DNA of 64,000 bases, from the IMG/VR virus record IMGVR_UViG_3300043467_002020, one strand, 5' to 3'. Origin of the DNA: an uncultured virus (IMG/VR IMGVR_UViG_3300043467_002020) (Duplodnaviria; Heunggongvirae; Uroviricota; Caudoviricetes). The position numbers were made by a program, and so were the translations under genes. Position 1 is the first letter of the stretch. Each line of letters starts with the position of its first letter. Shown here in pieces: positions 1 through 9,947 of the stretch. Under the pieces are notes generated by a model, which was not told the DNA's origin, searched no databases, and saw only the letters and a program-made list of their open reading frames with translations.

Positions 1-38
1 CCTCTAGTCGCAGAGCTTCTCCCACCAATAAAAGGCAT
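1..38 (-). CDS. 5' end of a probable tail fibre/structural protein, truncated by window edge (MPFIGGRSSATRG...)
   Basis: ATG at 38 lies 13 nt after the stop of the upstream gene, behind a purine-rich leader; the frame is open to the window edge. Confidence 0.45.
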   Translation of the reverse strand, partial: MPFIGGRSSATR

Positions 39-51
39 GCCTTATTCCCTA

Positions 52-1143
52 CTACGCGAACTTCGATTGACTTGCAAAAACAGTATAAGTACTGGTCGCC
101 GTTTTAATCATCACAAACGTGTACGCATCAATTGCATTGCTACCACTACCGTTAGGAAACGATAGTCCACCAAACCACTTGACAGTCTGCACGACCCCGT
201 CAATAGAGACGGCCGTCGGTCTGGCTGTAGTGCTGCCAGAATTAATTAGGACAACCGCAGTAATGGATTGATTATTGGCCATCGTAGCGTCAAGCGTTGT
301 TGATGCATTCCCTCTGAAGTCGAGCGAGCATGAGGCACTAGTGGAAGTCGGGTAAAAATGAATTGCGCCATCTAGCATGTTGATGTTTAGTGCCCCAGTC
401 GCCTGACCCAAGGACTGTACGGTTTCTAGGACTTCGGAAAACGTAGACGTACCCGTAACCGTTGAGTTGCCCGTAACCGTTGAGTTGCCCGTAACTGCAA
501 CGTTGGCGGAAGCTGAGACGTTACCCGTGACCGTGAGTGTTCCAGCAATTGCGATGTTTGTATCTAGTTTGGCAGAGGTGACCGCGCCAGCCCCAATTTT
601 TGCGGCAGTAACGGAACCACTACCAAGTTTGGCTTCAACTATTCCCGCGTCCTTAACTCTTAAAGTATCTGCATTTACCTCAATTGTGGAGCTGTCGACG
701 TTTACGGCAAGAGCGGTGCCGTTGCCTCCAGAAAGTCCGCTTCCTGCAACTGAAGTAGTTAGCTTGGCCTCGGTGATTGTGTTGTCTGCAATGTCCGCAG
801 CAATAACCGTTCCAGCCGCAATCTTGGCACTCGTAATTGAATTGTCTGCAAGCTTTGCGGTCGTGATAGTACCATCGCCCACCACGAACTGCGATGAGTC
901 TATCCATGCGGAGCCGCTGTAGTACTGCACTACATTGTCATTTTTGAGATAACAAAATTTACCTTCCGATAGGAGCGGTCTTCCATTTCCTCCAGCTGAT
1001 GTCGGAATGCCATCACCGAAAGCGTTATCTCGTGCAGTTCCGCTATCAAAAACACTAATTACCTGGTCCATTAGGTATGTGTTAATTTCACTCGCGTATG
1101 CAACTTCGCCAGAGACAAAAAGTTTTACTCCTGAGCCTGCCAT
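52..1143 (-). CDS. tail fibre / virion structural protein
   Basis: ITxAK[LI]AxxS repeats and VTGNST beta-repeats (18-bp direct repeats near 452-495); AGGAG RBS; located in the tail module. Confidence 0.7.
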   Translation of the reverse strand: MAGSGVKLFVSGEVAYASEINTYLMDQVISVFDSGTARDNAFGDGIPTSAGGNGRPLLSEGKFCYLKNDNVVQYYSGSAWIDSSQFVVGDGTITTAKLADNSITSAKIAAGTVIAADIADNTITEAKLTTSVAGSGLSGGNGTALAVNVDSSTIEVNADTLRVKDAGIVEAKLGSGSVTAAKIGAGAVTSAKLDTNIAIAGTLTVTGNVSASANVAVTGNSTVTGNSTVTGTSTFSEVLETVQSLGQATGALNINMLDGAIHFYPTSTSASCSLDFRGNASTTLDATMANNQSITAVVLINSGSTTARPTAVSIDGVVQTVKWFGGLSFPNGSGSNAIDAYTFVMIKTATSTYTVFASQSKFA

Positions 1144-1181
1144 GTTATTCTCCTGAATCTTTCATTGTTAATTTTATCATT

Positions 1182-2636
1182 TCATCCAAAGGTCATGGAG
1201 TCGAATCTGCCAAGAACTGGGTCGTCAATAGTAAAGTTAAATTGGTTAACGGTTTCTTGAGAAATTAAGTAGCCCATTGGTTTGGCCCAATTGACAGACT
1301 GCATGACAAGTTCGCTCACCTGATTGGCGTTGGCATCTGGGGTTTCATTAGCCAAGGTGCGAATATGTATTGCGAATGGGTCATTTTCATATCTTGGGGT
1401 CAATGAAACTGAAAAAGTGCTCTGGGCACCATTCTCGGTATAAGAAAGAACCTGCTTGGCGGCCTCAATCATTGCCTCCCTTGACCCAGCAGCGCGTCCA
1501 TAATAACCCTTGGACAACTGCCATTCAATAAAATCCCTACGGATGCTTTCGTTCCCAAAGAAGGCGGTACCGTTTGAGTAATAAATATTTTGGCGAATAA
1601 AATCGCCAGAAAACTGAGAAAGCCATGGGACATACTTGTTTTTAACCGAACGAGGCGAGACAAGAGAACTTTGCGCCCAATATGCAACTGTAAGATTTTC
1701 GTATAGTAGCTGACTGCCTTCTATTCCATACATGAGACCATATTCTGCGAATACCTCGCCCGCAGCAGATGTTAACATATCTAGCAATCTAAAGAATGGG
1801 TACGAAGGCTGGCTTTGTAGTGAATCTATTTCAAAATAAAAATCTGGTAAAAAATTTCTAGCCGTACCCAGAAATGAATTTTCAAATAAAGCCAAATCGT
1901 GGATTAGGTGCGGCATTGTCATGTGTGCTGTCTGGCCACCAAGAAGCCCAGAAATCGTAATTTGTATAGTTGCGGTATGAATGTCTTCGTCATCTGGAAC
2001 AACCGCCCTATTCGTATGAACAGCGTTATATGAGCCACTTGAGTAAGTTTTTGAGTAGGGCTCATAGGTGGTAGATGTAGAGGATTTGGCAATGCCGCCA
2101 TGAGAATAGGACCCACCCGTGGAGCCGTTAAACAGTATAAAATAAAATTGTGTAGCTGAAGCAACATTAACAGTTGCCGTACGGTTGAATGAACTTGGCG
2201 TCATCCCAGTTACTGCAACAGTGTCGCCGTTGCTAAAACCATGAGGCGTTATGGTGTTGTAGTTTGTCGTGCCGTAGTATGAAGAATAAGAAGCACTGGA
2301 TATTGCGGGAGAGTCTATGGATAAGAGCGAACTCACCGTAATAGGCGCATTTGCCTTAATTCGCATATTCGCAGACAAGACACGACTATTGTCATCCAAG
2401 GTTAGAGGTATTCCTGAGAGGGTTAGTACTACATCCCGTGCTTCTCCCTCGGAGCCTGCCGCAATCGCCAGAGTATAGCGACTATCGACTACAAAATCCG
2501 TACTACTAATCATTATGGATGCATTTTTGACTACCCAGTCATAGTCGACAGCAGCAAGGCCTATAGATGTTCCGTCTAGAGAGGAGAATCTACGTAAGGC
2601 ATTGCCATCTGAAAGAAGATTTACTGTGGTTGCCAT
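1182..2636 (-). CDS. baseplate wedge protein (P2 gpI-like) with an inserted small beta-barrel domain
   Basis: follows the baseplate J-like gene; 'LPDFY...YVPWLSQFSG...RAAGSREAMIEAAK...AKPMG' pattern typical of gpI-like proteins. Confidence 0.65.
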   Translation of the reverse strand: MATTVNLLSDGNALRRFSSLDGTSIGLAAVDYDWVVKNASIMISSTDFVVDSRYTLAIAAGSEGEARDVVLTLSGIPLTLDDNSRVLSANMRIKANAPITVSSLLSIDSPAISSASYSSYYGTTNYNTITPHGFSNGDTVAVTGMTPSSFNRTATVNVASATQFYFILFNGSTGGSYSHGGIAKSSTSTTYEPYSKTYSSGSYNAVHTNRAVVPDDEDIHTATIQITISGLLGGQTAHMTMPHLIHDLALFENSFLGTARNFLPDFYFEIDSLQSQPSYPFFRLLDMLTSAAGEVFAEYGLMYGIEGSQLLYENLTVAYWAQSSLVSPRSVKNKYVPWLSQFSGDFIRQNIYYSNGTAFFGNESIRRDFIEWQLSKGYYGRAAGSREAMIEAAKQVLSYTENGAQSTFSVSLTPRYENDPFAIHIRTLANETPDANANQVSELVMQSVNWAKPMGYLISQETVNQFNFTIDDPVLGRFDSMTFG

Positions 2637-2637
2637 A

Positions 2638-4317
2638 TTATTGAGTCACATCTACTGTCGTGTATGTAAAGCTAATATCCTCAATGGATATAATTGGCAA
2701 AGAACCCTTGTATCTAAATAGAAGGTCGTCTTCGTATTGCGGCAACCATCCATCTTCGATGGGTGTTAAAGTCAAGGAGTTGACGTACACAACTCCTGGA
2801 ATATTGCTAATTAAGGAAACTATTTGATTATGTCGTATTCTGTCAACATTGAGAGGAAAATTCACTGGGCTGAGGTAATCCACGAGCGTGTCCTCTATCG
2901 TTTGAGCAAGAGAATCTTGGTCGTATCGTTGATTTATGGAAATAGTTCCACTAAGTTGAAGTGTTACAAAAGCTGGGTCAACGACATTAATTGTCAATCC
3001 AGCAACAGATTTTGATTGTATGTCAGTCAGTATGTTAACTTTTTGCGTCTCTGTCAACAGCGTATTGTTTCCGTAAGCAACAACGCTCACAAACCCTGAA
3101 ACATCCTGTCCGGCGTATGCGGAACCACTAATGGTTGCGCTGGCCGACGTGCCAGTCTTGGTAAATCTAAACGTCGTGTCCGTTGGGACGTGGGTAATGG
3201 TGTTCTCACCGCTAAACGAATTTAATCTAACTTTCGTCAAAGCACCGCTGAATGTCGCTGAACCTGATGTTGAGTTTGATACCGTGAACGTCGTTACGGT
3301 TGGAACTGTGTTAATTGTAAATGTTCCGTTGTAGCCAGTTGTTAGTCCGACGCCCTCTACGGTTACCGATTGACCGGCCAACAAAGCATGACTAGTACTT
3401 GTTGTGTACGTTATGAGGGTGCCGTCACCTGAGGCTGAAGTAATTGTCGAGCCGTTAAAGTCCATTTCAACAACATCCCCAACCACGAATAGATGTGGTG
3501 CTGCCGTTTTTATTGTTGCGACAGAACTTCCTACGTGTGTTTGAATGACACCAATTGAGCGTTTGACAGTCAAGCCTCCACTATCAAGGTCGCCATCTGT
3601 TAAGTCGTATGTTTTTGCACGTGAGATTATTCCTGGATAGGTAGTCAAGAGATAGGCGTCAACCTGTGATGCTCGGACTAGTGCTGATGTGAGCGAACGT
3701 AGATACGTGGTGGCTTTGGACAGGTAGTCGATGTCTCCGTCGGCGTTGATTCCGTTAGAGAAACGCGATGGGGTGGCAATAACGGCGGATACGATGTCGG
3801 TCCCAGAGGAGATGATATTTAACTCAGTCCCAGAAGCTAGAGGCGGGATGACCCCGGGGTCAAGCGATATAACTTTAGCCACTCCTGATGGATATTCACC
3901 CAACTCTGGGTCAACTCCTTCTATTTCGAGAGCAAAAAGCAACGTAAATCCGTACTGTTGGGCCTCGTCTTCAAAAAGTGCGTCATACGAAAAGGTCGTT
4001 CCAGCAGGGATGGTTCCTCCACTATAGGAACCTAGTGTGATTTCGACATTTACTTCTGCAGGGGTCGCTTCTTGACGCTGATACCCAAGCATTGTGACTA
4101 TTCCGGCCATAAGTCTGTCTGGCAAGCGATTAATTGCATTTATGTTTAGGGCGCTAATATATGCTGCGGCTTGAAAAATCGCGTCTTCTGGAGTCCCAAC
4201 GCGCAGATTGAAGTCGGGCATAGTTAGACGCCCTAGTTCGATGGCGTCAGTGTAAATATCACCTGGCTCTTTGTCAAAGATTGCTAAGTTAATGTATTCT
4301 GAAAAATCTACCGGCAT
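2638..4317 (-). CDS. baseplate J-like protein
   Basis: 'LGYQRQEATPA..TIPAGT' N-terminus, 'NGINADGD..YL' and C-terminal 'ISNIPGVVYVNSL'; synteny after the gp25-like gene. Confidence 0.8.
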   Translation of the reverse strand: MPVDFSEYINLAIFDKEPGDIYTDAIELGRLTMPDFNLRVGTPEDAIFQAAAYISALNINAINRLPDRLMAGIVTMLGYQRQEATPAEVNVEITLGSYSGGTIPAGTTFSYDALFEDEAQQYGFTLLFALEIEGVDPELGEYPSGVAKVISLDPGVIPPLASGTELNIISSGTDIVSAVIATPSRFSNGINADGDIDYLSKATTYLRSLTSALVRASQVDAYLLTTYPGIISRAKTYDLTDGDLDSGGLTVKRSIGVIQTHVGSSVATIKTAAPHLFVVGDVVEMDFNGSTITSASGDGTLITYTTSTSHALLAGQSVTVEGVGLTTGYNGTFTINTVPTVTTFTVSNSTSGSATFSGALTKVRLNSFSGENTITHVPTDTTFRFTKTGTSASATISGSAYAGQDVSGFVSVVAYGNNTLLTETQKVNILTDIQSKSVAGLTINVVDPAFVTLQLSGTISINQRYDQDSLAQTIEDTLVDYLSPVNFPLNVDRIRHNQIVSLISNIPGVVYVNSLTLTPIEDGWLPQYEDDLLFRYKGSLPIISIEDISFTYTTVDVTQ

Positions 4318-4333
4318 TTTGTGCAGCCTTCCT

Positions 4334-4636
4334 CTATATATCTAATTCAAATGAAACGGAAACTTTGCTAGAGCCGTTTACTGATTCTTGGTCAAGTATT
4401 TCTATATTTGTTATTATTACTTCTGGAACAAACTGAGAAGCGTTAAGGACGAATATGCTTTTATTTATCAAGCGGAAGGATGGGTCATATGCCCCAAATT
4501 GGGGGCTCATGGGGTGGGTTCCAGGCTCGGTGAGCATAGATACTGAAAGCAACTGCGAATAGTAATCCGTCGTTGCTTCATCTAGTTTTTCTAGGCCACT
4601 AGAATCAAATTTAATTGGGAATTTAATTGCTTGCAT
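4334..4636 (-). CDS. baseplate wedge subunit (gp25/gpW-like)
   Basis: 100 aa, 'IKFP...LTEPGTHPMSPQFG' motif, immediately upstream of J. Confidence 0.75.
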   Translation of the reverse strand: MQAIKFPIKFDSSGLEKLDEATTDYYSQLLSVSMLTEPGTHPMSPQFGAYDPSFRLINKSIFVLNASQFVPEVIITNIEILDQESVNGSSKVSVSFELDI

Positions 4637-4663
4637 AACTAGCCTCCTTTTGTAAATTAGTCA

Positions 4664-4840
4664 TCATTTTTCTCCTGCAGTTGACGTATCGTCCCAGATT
4701 CCTCTAGAAAATTCAACCCAGTCTTCGTATTCTTGTTGAGTTAATAAGGTAATGGAACCATCATCGTTTTGTTTGGAGATTGTTCCAAATGGGTTTTGTT
4801 GAATAAACTCTTCTTTAGTTATTGGCATGTAATCGTTCAT
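4664..4840 (-). CDS. small acidic hypothetical protein (58 aa, MNDYMPITKEEF...)
   Basis: ATG at 4840 overlaps the upstream TGA (ATGA coupling); the longer start in the ORF track is unlikely. Confidence 0.55.
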   Translation of the reverse strand: MNDYMPITKEEFIQQNPFGTISKQNDDGSITLLTQQEYEDWVEFSRGIWDDTSTAGEK

Positions 4841-6090
4841 GATGCGTCTTCTCCTCCTATACGAACAATGCGACCTACGGTTACACCGTTCCAAGAAGTG
4901 AAAAAACCGCCTAGAAGTATTTTGCCATCAGATTGAATTGCTATTGAGAAAACATCACTATTAGCAGCAGTGCCAGTATTGGTAGTAAATGTTGTATCTC
5001 TAGTGCCATTAGAGTTTAAGCGAACAATGCGGCGTACGGTTACGCCGTTCCAAGAATTGAATTGACCGCCTAGAAGTATTTTGCCATCAGATTGAATTGC
5101 TATTGCGTTAGCATTAATACTAGCACCAGTACCAGTATTGGTAGTAAAAGTTGTGTCTCTAGTGCCATCAGAGTTTAAGCGAACAGTATGGTTTACGGTT
5201 GCGCCGTTCCAAGTACTAAAATCACCACCTAAAAGTATTTTGCCATCAGACTGAACTGTTATTACTAGAACAGTAGCACTAGCACCAGTACCAGTATTGG
5301 TAGTAAAAGTTGTGTCTCTAGTGCCATCAGAGTTTAAACGCACAATGTAGTTTACGGTTACACCGTTCCAAGAAGTGAATTGACCGCCTAGAAGTATTTT
5401 GCCATCAGATTGTACTACTATTGAGCGAACAGCATTATCAGCACCCGTGCCAGTATTAGTAGTAAATGTTGTATCTCTAGTGCCATCAGAGTTTAAGCGA
5501 ACAATGCGACCTACGGTTACGCCGTTCCAAGAAGTGAAAAAACCACCTAGAAGTATTTTGCCATCAGATTGAATTGCTATTGAGAAAACATGACTATCAG
5601 CACCCGTGCCAGTGTTGGTTGTAAAAGTTGTGTCTCTAGTGCCGTCAGAGTTTAAGCGAACAATGCGGTTTACGGTTACGCCGTTCCAAGAAGTGAATTG
5701 ACCACCGATAACTATTTTACCGTCAGACTGTACTGCTATTGAGCGAACAATATTATTAGCACCAGTGCCAGCGTTGGTAGTGAATGCTACATCTCTAGTG
5801 CCATCATAATTTAAACGCACAATGTAGTTTACGGTTACACCGTTCCAAGAAGTGAATTGACCGCCTAGAAGTATTTTGCCATCAGATTGAATTGCTATTG
5901 AGAAAACATCACTATTAGCAGCAGTACCAAATTGCACCGTCTGGTCCCTTAAGCCGCCCTTAATAAAAGATGCATACCATGTTCCGCCAACCTTGTTATA
6001 ATAGTAGTCAAGCAACTTCCATGTTCCAGCAACTTTTGTATAAGGTTTTGCATTTCGCCAAACACCAGCGACTTTAGTAAGATGAGACAT
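4837..6090 (-). CDS. delta-60-repeat (DUF5122-like) 7-bladed beta-propeller, probable receptor-binding protein
   Basis: seven 53-aa repeats 'IAIQSDGKILLGGxFTSWNG...RLNSDGTRDTTF'; N-terminal KVAGxW repeats typical of fibre attachment modules. Confidence 0.8.
   Translation of the reverse strand: MSHLTKVAGVWRNAKPYTKVAGTWKLLDYYYNKVGGTWYASFIKGGLRDQTVQFGTAANSDVFSIAIQSDGKILLGGQFTSWNGVTVNYIVRLNYDGTRDVAFTTNAGTGANNIVRSIAVQSDGKIVIGGQFTSWNGVTVNRIVRLNSDGTRDTTFTTNTGTGADSHVFSIAIQSDGKILLGGFFTSWNGVTVGRIVRLNSDGTRDTTFTTNTGTGADNAVRSIVVQSDGKILLGGQFTSWNGVTVNYIVRLNSDGTRDTTFTTNTGTGASATVLVITVQSDGKILLGGDFSTWNGATVNHTVRLNSDGTRDTTFTTNTGTGASINANAIAIQSDGKILLGGQFNSWNGVTVRRIVRLNSNGTRDTTFTTNTGTAANSDVFSIAIQSDGKILLGGFFTSWNGVTVGRIVRIGGEDAS
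4858..5925 (-). repeat. tandem 159-bp in-frame repeats (7 copies, last partial)
   Basis: equivalent positions recur at 5343, 5502, 5661 and 5820 (period 159). Confidence 0.9.
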
Positions 6091-6632
6091 CAGGAATAAA
6101 CCATCCAGACATCCCCATCACTGCCACCAGTTGGTGAAGACGTAGATATCGTTGCATTAAAAGGGACAGGTCCTGTTGCGCCAGTTGCGCCCGTATTGCC
6201 AGTTGGTCCTGTTGCGCCCGTATTGCCAGTTGGTCCTGTTGCGCCAGTCAGGCCAGTTGGTCCAGCTAGTCCAGTGGGTCCGGCGGGCCCAGTAGGTCCG
6301 GTAGGTCCGGGGTTGTTGCTTATAGATTCAAGCAGGGCATCGTATTGGGCAATCGTTGGGTGCATGTCGGAGCGGACTCCGGCCGAGCCGTATACGATTA
6401 GCTCTGTAAAGAATTCATCAGAAAAACCACACTTCACGGAATCCCCGACCGAAAAGTGCGAATTAGGGGTTGTGTTTAGTGGCATTACTTTCTCGAAAGT
6501 TGAGCCGAGCTCCATGACTCTGACCGACACGAAACCTTTTGCGTCCACGGACTTGACTATGCCAGTATAGACCCTACCCGGAGCAAGCGGGTGGGACGAT
6601 GATTTGTTCCTGCTGACTATATCTGGACGCAT
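6090..6632 (-). CDS. baseplate spike-like (gpV OB-fold-like) protein with collagen-like repeat
   Basis: N-terminal 'YTGIVKSVD...VGDSVKCGF...IVYG' OB-fold pattern; G-P-T/G-A-T triplets; C-terminal '[10 protein letters not shown]'. Confidence 0.65.
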   Translation of the reverse strand: MRPDIVSRNKSSSHPLAPGRVYTGIVKSVDAKGFVSVRVMELGSTFEKVMPLNTTPNSHFSVGDSVKCGFSDEFFTELIVYGSAGVRSDMHPTIAQYDALLESISNNPGPTGPTGPAGPTGLAGPTGLTGATGPTGNTGATGPTGNTGATGATGPVPFNATISTSSPTGGSDGDVWMVYS

Positions 6633-6673
6633 ATTAATAACCTTACTATTTTGAATGGATTAGCCATTGCTAC

Positions 6674-8395
6674 TTACCAATTACTATCGGAACCGCCTGG
6701 AGTATTGACTAGTTTCTTTTCATTAAAATTGGGTGTCTTTATCAGCAATACCCACGCTGACTGAATACTCAATAGGTGTCCATAGTCGCGAGCGTTTCTG
6801 ACGGCGTCTTCAAATGTGTTCCCGCGCAAAACACCCAAATGTTTGGCCGCGCCTGCAAATCCACCATCAGCGTTATACCTAGCTATGATTTCGTCGTTTG
6901 TCTTCATGACCGAAGTGCCATTTTGGGTAAAAACACTCGGCAAAACAATGGCTCTATACTCTGAGCCAGCCTGAACAACATGCGTTATAGAATGAATGGT
7001 TCGCCACTCGATTACTTCATTTTTCTTGTTTCTTACCACAAAAATAGGGCGATTATAAAGGTCAAGATTTCCCGTAATTATTAGCGAATTATAATCATTG
7101 GTGCTTGCTGGCATCGGCCCTTTTTCCGCTGCGTACGTTCTAGATATGTTCGCGTAAGGCATTTCTGGATATCTATACACATTGTTCGCATCGGGCAAAT
7201 TTGCTCCAGTAATTCTTTTATCAGCAAAGGAGAATTTTATTTCCGGCATGTTTAATATTGCATTTTGCTCAACAGTCGTCTTTATTTTTTCTCCTGCTAT
7301 AAATGTTTGCTGATAAGTGACGCCAATCGGCAGTAGCTCAATTTTTTCTTTTTCTTCGTCACGTGTCAATGTTCTGAAACCTACAGACACGGGGTCTGGT
7401 GTCATTTCGTTAAATGACACAGATTCAACAATGTAATACCCAGACATGTCAGGTACATTGCCAACATAGGCGGTCATTCCTGGCCGTATTTGTGTGCCGT
7501 TGAAACGCTCGACCGAGCAACTGCCTTCTGCCGCATACGGGTCGTTGGCTTTTTTTGTAATGGTTGGCCGTTCCGTCAGTCTAAAATACCCCGATTTCCC
7601 GACGTAATCCGGTCCGCTATTTGGCCACTGGAGTGGTATGAATCTCAGGGTGAATGGTGTGCTTTTTGTTTTCTTGGCCTTTGGGTCAAATCCCGAAAGG
7701 TCTACCGTAATTGTACTTGTCCCCCACTTACTTAGTAAATATTTCTCAGAAGCAAATACTAGAATTCCGTCCACTTCAAACAAAACAAACTTTGCGTCAC
7801 CAGCCATTCTTGTCATGACATCCCATAGGGATTCGGTTTGTTTCGAGCCGCTTGCCTTGGTCGTGCCTTTTCCTTTGGCCGTTTGCTCGCAATAAAAATC
7901 TAATCCATATTTTTTTGCAGCATTAATAATATATTGACTACCGCTTCCCGGTATTGAGCCAGGCTGCTTGTCTCGTTTCATTTGCTGTATGGCCTTGGAA
8001 TAGCACTTCAATGAGTACACGGCGCTTCCACCCGGACCCTGAGATACGCTTACATCGGATATTTCAAAAAGCTGTTGTATCGGCTTAATGCCCCCTGTGC
8101 GTGCGTTAATCTGGCCAAGCGTTTGTGTCTCGTAAATGACGTCGCGCCCAAGTATGAAGTAATTCTTTTTAGCCATCTGCAAATCAACATCTATGACATC
8201 AAAAGATAATTCAGATGCCATAGAAATTGAATAACTAATACTTGCTCTAGTTACCCGTGACGATACGTCGTCGTAAGCTTTATCCGAAAGACTTGCAATA
8301 ATTATTTTGCGTTTATACCTGTCCGGCGACCTGGATATTCTGCCGTATTCATCTGTGGCCGTCTGAGGGGCAAATATTGTATCTGGTGTGTTCAT
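6674..8395 (-). CDS. baseplate hub / late control gpD-like tail protein
   Basis: 'QTESLWDVMTRMAGDAKFVLFEVDGILVF' and 'IRPGMT...SGYYIVESVSF' patterns; start moved to ATG 8395, just after the upstream stop. Confidence 0.65.
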   Translation of the reverse strand: MNTPDTIFAPQTATDEYGRISRSPDRYKRKIIIASLSDKAYDDVSSRVTRASISYSISMASELSFDVIDVDLQMAKKNYFILGRDVIYETQTLGQINARTGGIKPIQQLFEISDVSVSQGPGGSAVYSLKCYSKAIQQMKRDKQPGSIPGSGSQYIINAAKKYGLDFYCEQTAKGKGTTKASGSKQTESLWDVMTRMAGDAKFVLFEVDGILVFASEKYLLSKWGTSTITVDLSGFDPKAKKTKSTPFTLRFIPLQWPNSGPDYVGKSGYFRLTERPTITKKANDPYAAEGSCSVERFNGTQIRPGMTAYVGNVPDMSGYYIVESVSFNEMTPDPVSVGFRTLTRDEEKEKIELLPIGVTYQQTFIAGEKIKTTVEQNAILNMPEIKFSFADKRITGANLPDANNVYRYPEMPYANISRTYAAEKGPMPASTNDYNSLIITGNLDLYNRPIFVVRNKKNEVIEWRTIHSITHVVQAGSEYRAIVLPSVFTQNGTSVMKTNDEIIARYNADGGFAGAAKHLGVLRGNTFEDAVRNARDYGHLLSIQSAWVLLIKTPNFNEKKLVNTPGGSDSNW

Positions 8396-8396
8396 G

Positions 8397-9947
8397 TTAT
8401 AAGAATAAGGGATAGAGCGCAGCCCAGTTCGGCTCGCGTCCCTTACAGGCCGAAGGTGGAATTTTAAAGTTCTTGCCAAGTTCGTCAGTAGCTTTTCGAA
8501 TGCAAATCTCTAAGTCGGTAGGTTTCCGAGGCGGGGGCGTCGGGAGGATGGGGTCTTTCTTGAGTAGTGGCATGAATATTAATTGGTCTTCATTTAGCCT
8601 TACTTCTTGAATTGTTATACTCACTGTTGCTCTGCTAATGCTGCCTTGAGCGCTGTCACTAGAGCTCGAGCCGCCGGGTGTCCTTTGTATTGAGTTGAAT
8701 GACATGTCGGCAATCGCCCACTGGCGATATTTGACAGTAGAACTATTTGTGATTCCGCTAAATAGTGAATCGAAATTAGTAAATACGACCAACTCTGGTG
8801 TCTCTGCCATTTGTTTAAGCAACCTGAGTTTATGTTCGCAAGAATCATAAAGACTTGACACGTAAGAAGGTTGACTGTCGACGACAAATTCAAACGATAT
8901 TTTCATAAGTTTGTTGTTTTTGTAATCGACAAGAGGGAAGTTCGCAACTCTTTCAATGTCAGTCCATGTTACGCCTATGTTCGAATAAGAAACATTATTG
9001 GGCTTTAAAGTAAATTCATATGTAAGAGCAGTTGTATTATCGGCCGTTCGTTGAATCATCGTAGGAAGGTTTTCGGGGGCTGTGGTGGCGATGGCGGCTT
9101 GTCCGCTGCTCACTCGTGCCCCGACATTCATGGAAGTAACGACAGTCGCCCTGCTTCTTTGTCCAAGTACATCTCTGTAACCATTGCTATTTTGTGCACC
9201 AGAAACGACGCTGGATGATTGATTAATAGAAGAACCCGATATTGCCTTCTTGATGAGAGAGGCAATGGTGGCCTCTGCTGCCTTGGCAGACAATCCCGTA
9301 GATTGAAGTAACTTTATTTGTGCAAATGTAAAGTTTTCAAGATTCATATCTTTTGCATCGCCGATAAATTCATTCCAGCGCGACTGTGAGGGTTCGTCGA
9401 AGTCTGGCAGTTCCTGTAATGTTGGCGTATTTTCAAGGAGAAAAAATCTACGTAAAAGTGGGTGATACCAGTACTGCACCCAGTTGACGCTGTCCGTATC
9501 GTCAAACTTGCGCCACTTCGTTATTCTTGTTGACTTATATGGGTTCAGGGATAGGTCCGAGACGAGCTCATACCAGTCAAAAGTGTATGTTGTCGCTACG
9601 TATATTGTATTACCCCATACGATTTTTTCCCCAGATGGGACACTGTCATATTTTGCTGTTCTGGGGTTGGAATAAGATATCTCTTTTGCGCGAACCTCTT
9701 GGTCGTCGGACCACCCAAATTCATCACTTACCTCATATGGAATGAAATCGTAATCCGACACAGCCACGCCCTGAAAGGGAAACCAATATGTGTCATCCGA
9801 AACTAATGTAAAATCTGCCGGAAAAATTGGATATTGAGTATTCGTAATTTGCTTGTATCTTTTTTTTATTGGATAGTTTTTACGTAAACTACTATTACTA
9901 GAGTCCGTGTATCCCACTGTCTGATAGTGAATGCTTCCTACTGCCAT
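8397..9947 (-). CDS. tail tube initiator / gpU-like protein with N-terminal extension
   Basis: directly follows the tape measure gene; C-terminal 'YEFTLKPNNVSYS..WTDIER...ISRATVSITIQE'. Confidence 0.55.
   Translation of the reverse strand: MAVGSIHYQTVGYTDSSNSSLRKNYPIKKRYKQITNTQYPIFPADFTLVSDDTYWFPFQGVAVSDYDFIPYEVSDEFGWSDDQEVRAKEISYSNPRTAKYDSVPSGEKIVWGNTIYVATTYTFDWYELVSDLSLNPYKSTRITKWRKFDDTDSVNWVQYWYHPLLRRFFLLENTPTLQELPDFDEPSQSRWNEFIGDAKDMNLENFTFAQIKLLQSTGLSAKAAEATIASLIKKAISGSSINQSSSVVSGAQNSNGYRDVLGQRSRATVVTSMNVGARVSSGQAAIATTAPENLPTMIQRTADNTTALTYEFTLKPNNVSYSNIGVTWTDIERVANFPLVDYKNNKLMKISFEFVVDSQPSYVSSLYDSCEHKLRLLKQMAETPELVVFTNFDSLFSGITNSSTVKYRQWAIADMSFNSIQRTPGGSSSSDSAQGSISRATVSITIQEVRLNEDQLIFMPLLKKDPILPTPPPRKPTDLEICIRKATDELGKNFKIPPSACKGREPNWAALYPLFL

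Noticed and set aside
4858..5925. CRISPR-like array
   Set aside because: The repeats are 159-bp in-frame coding units without spacers. The Cas4-like nuclease sits in a recombination operon, and no other cas genes are present.
6162..6315. Collagen-like 9/27-bp repeats as a novel element
   Set aside because: Ordinary G-X-Y repeats common in phage fibre and spike proteins.
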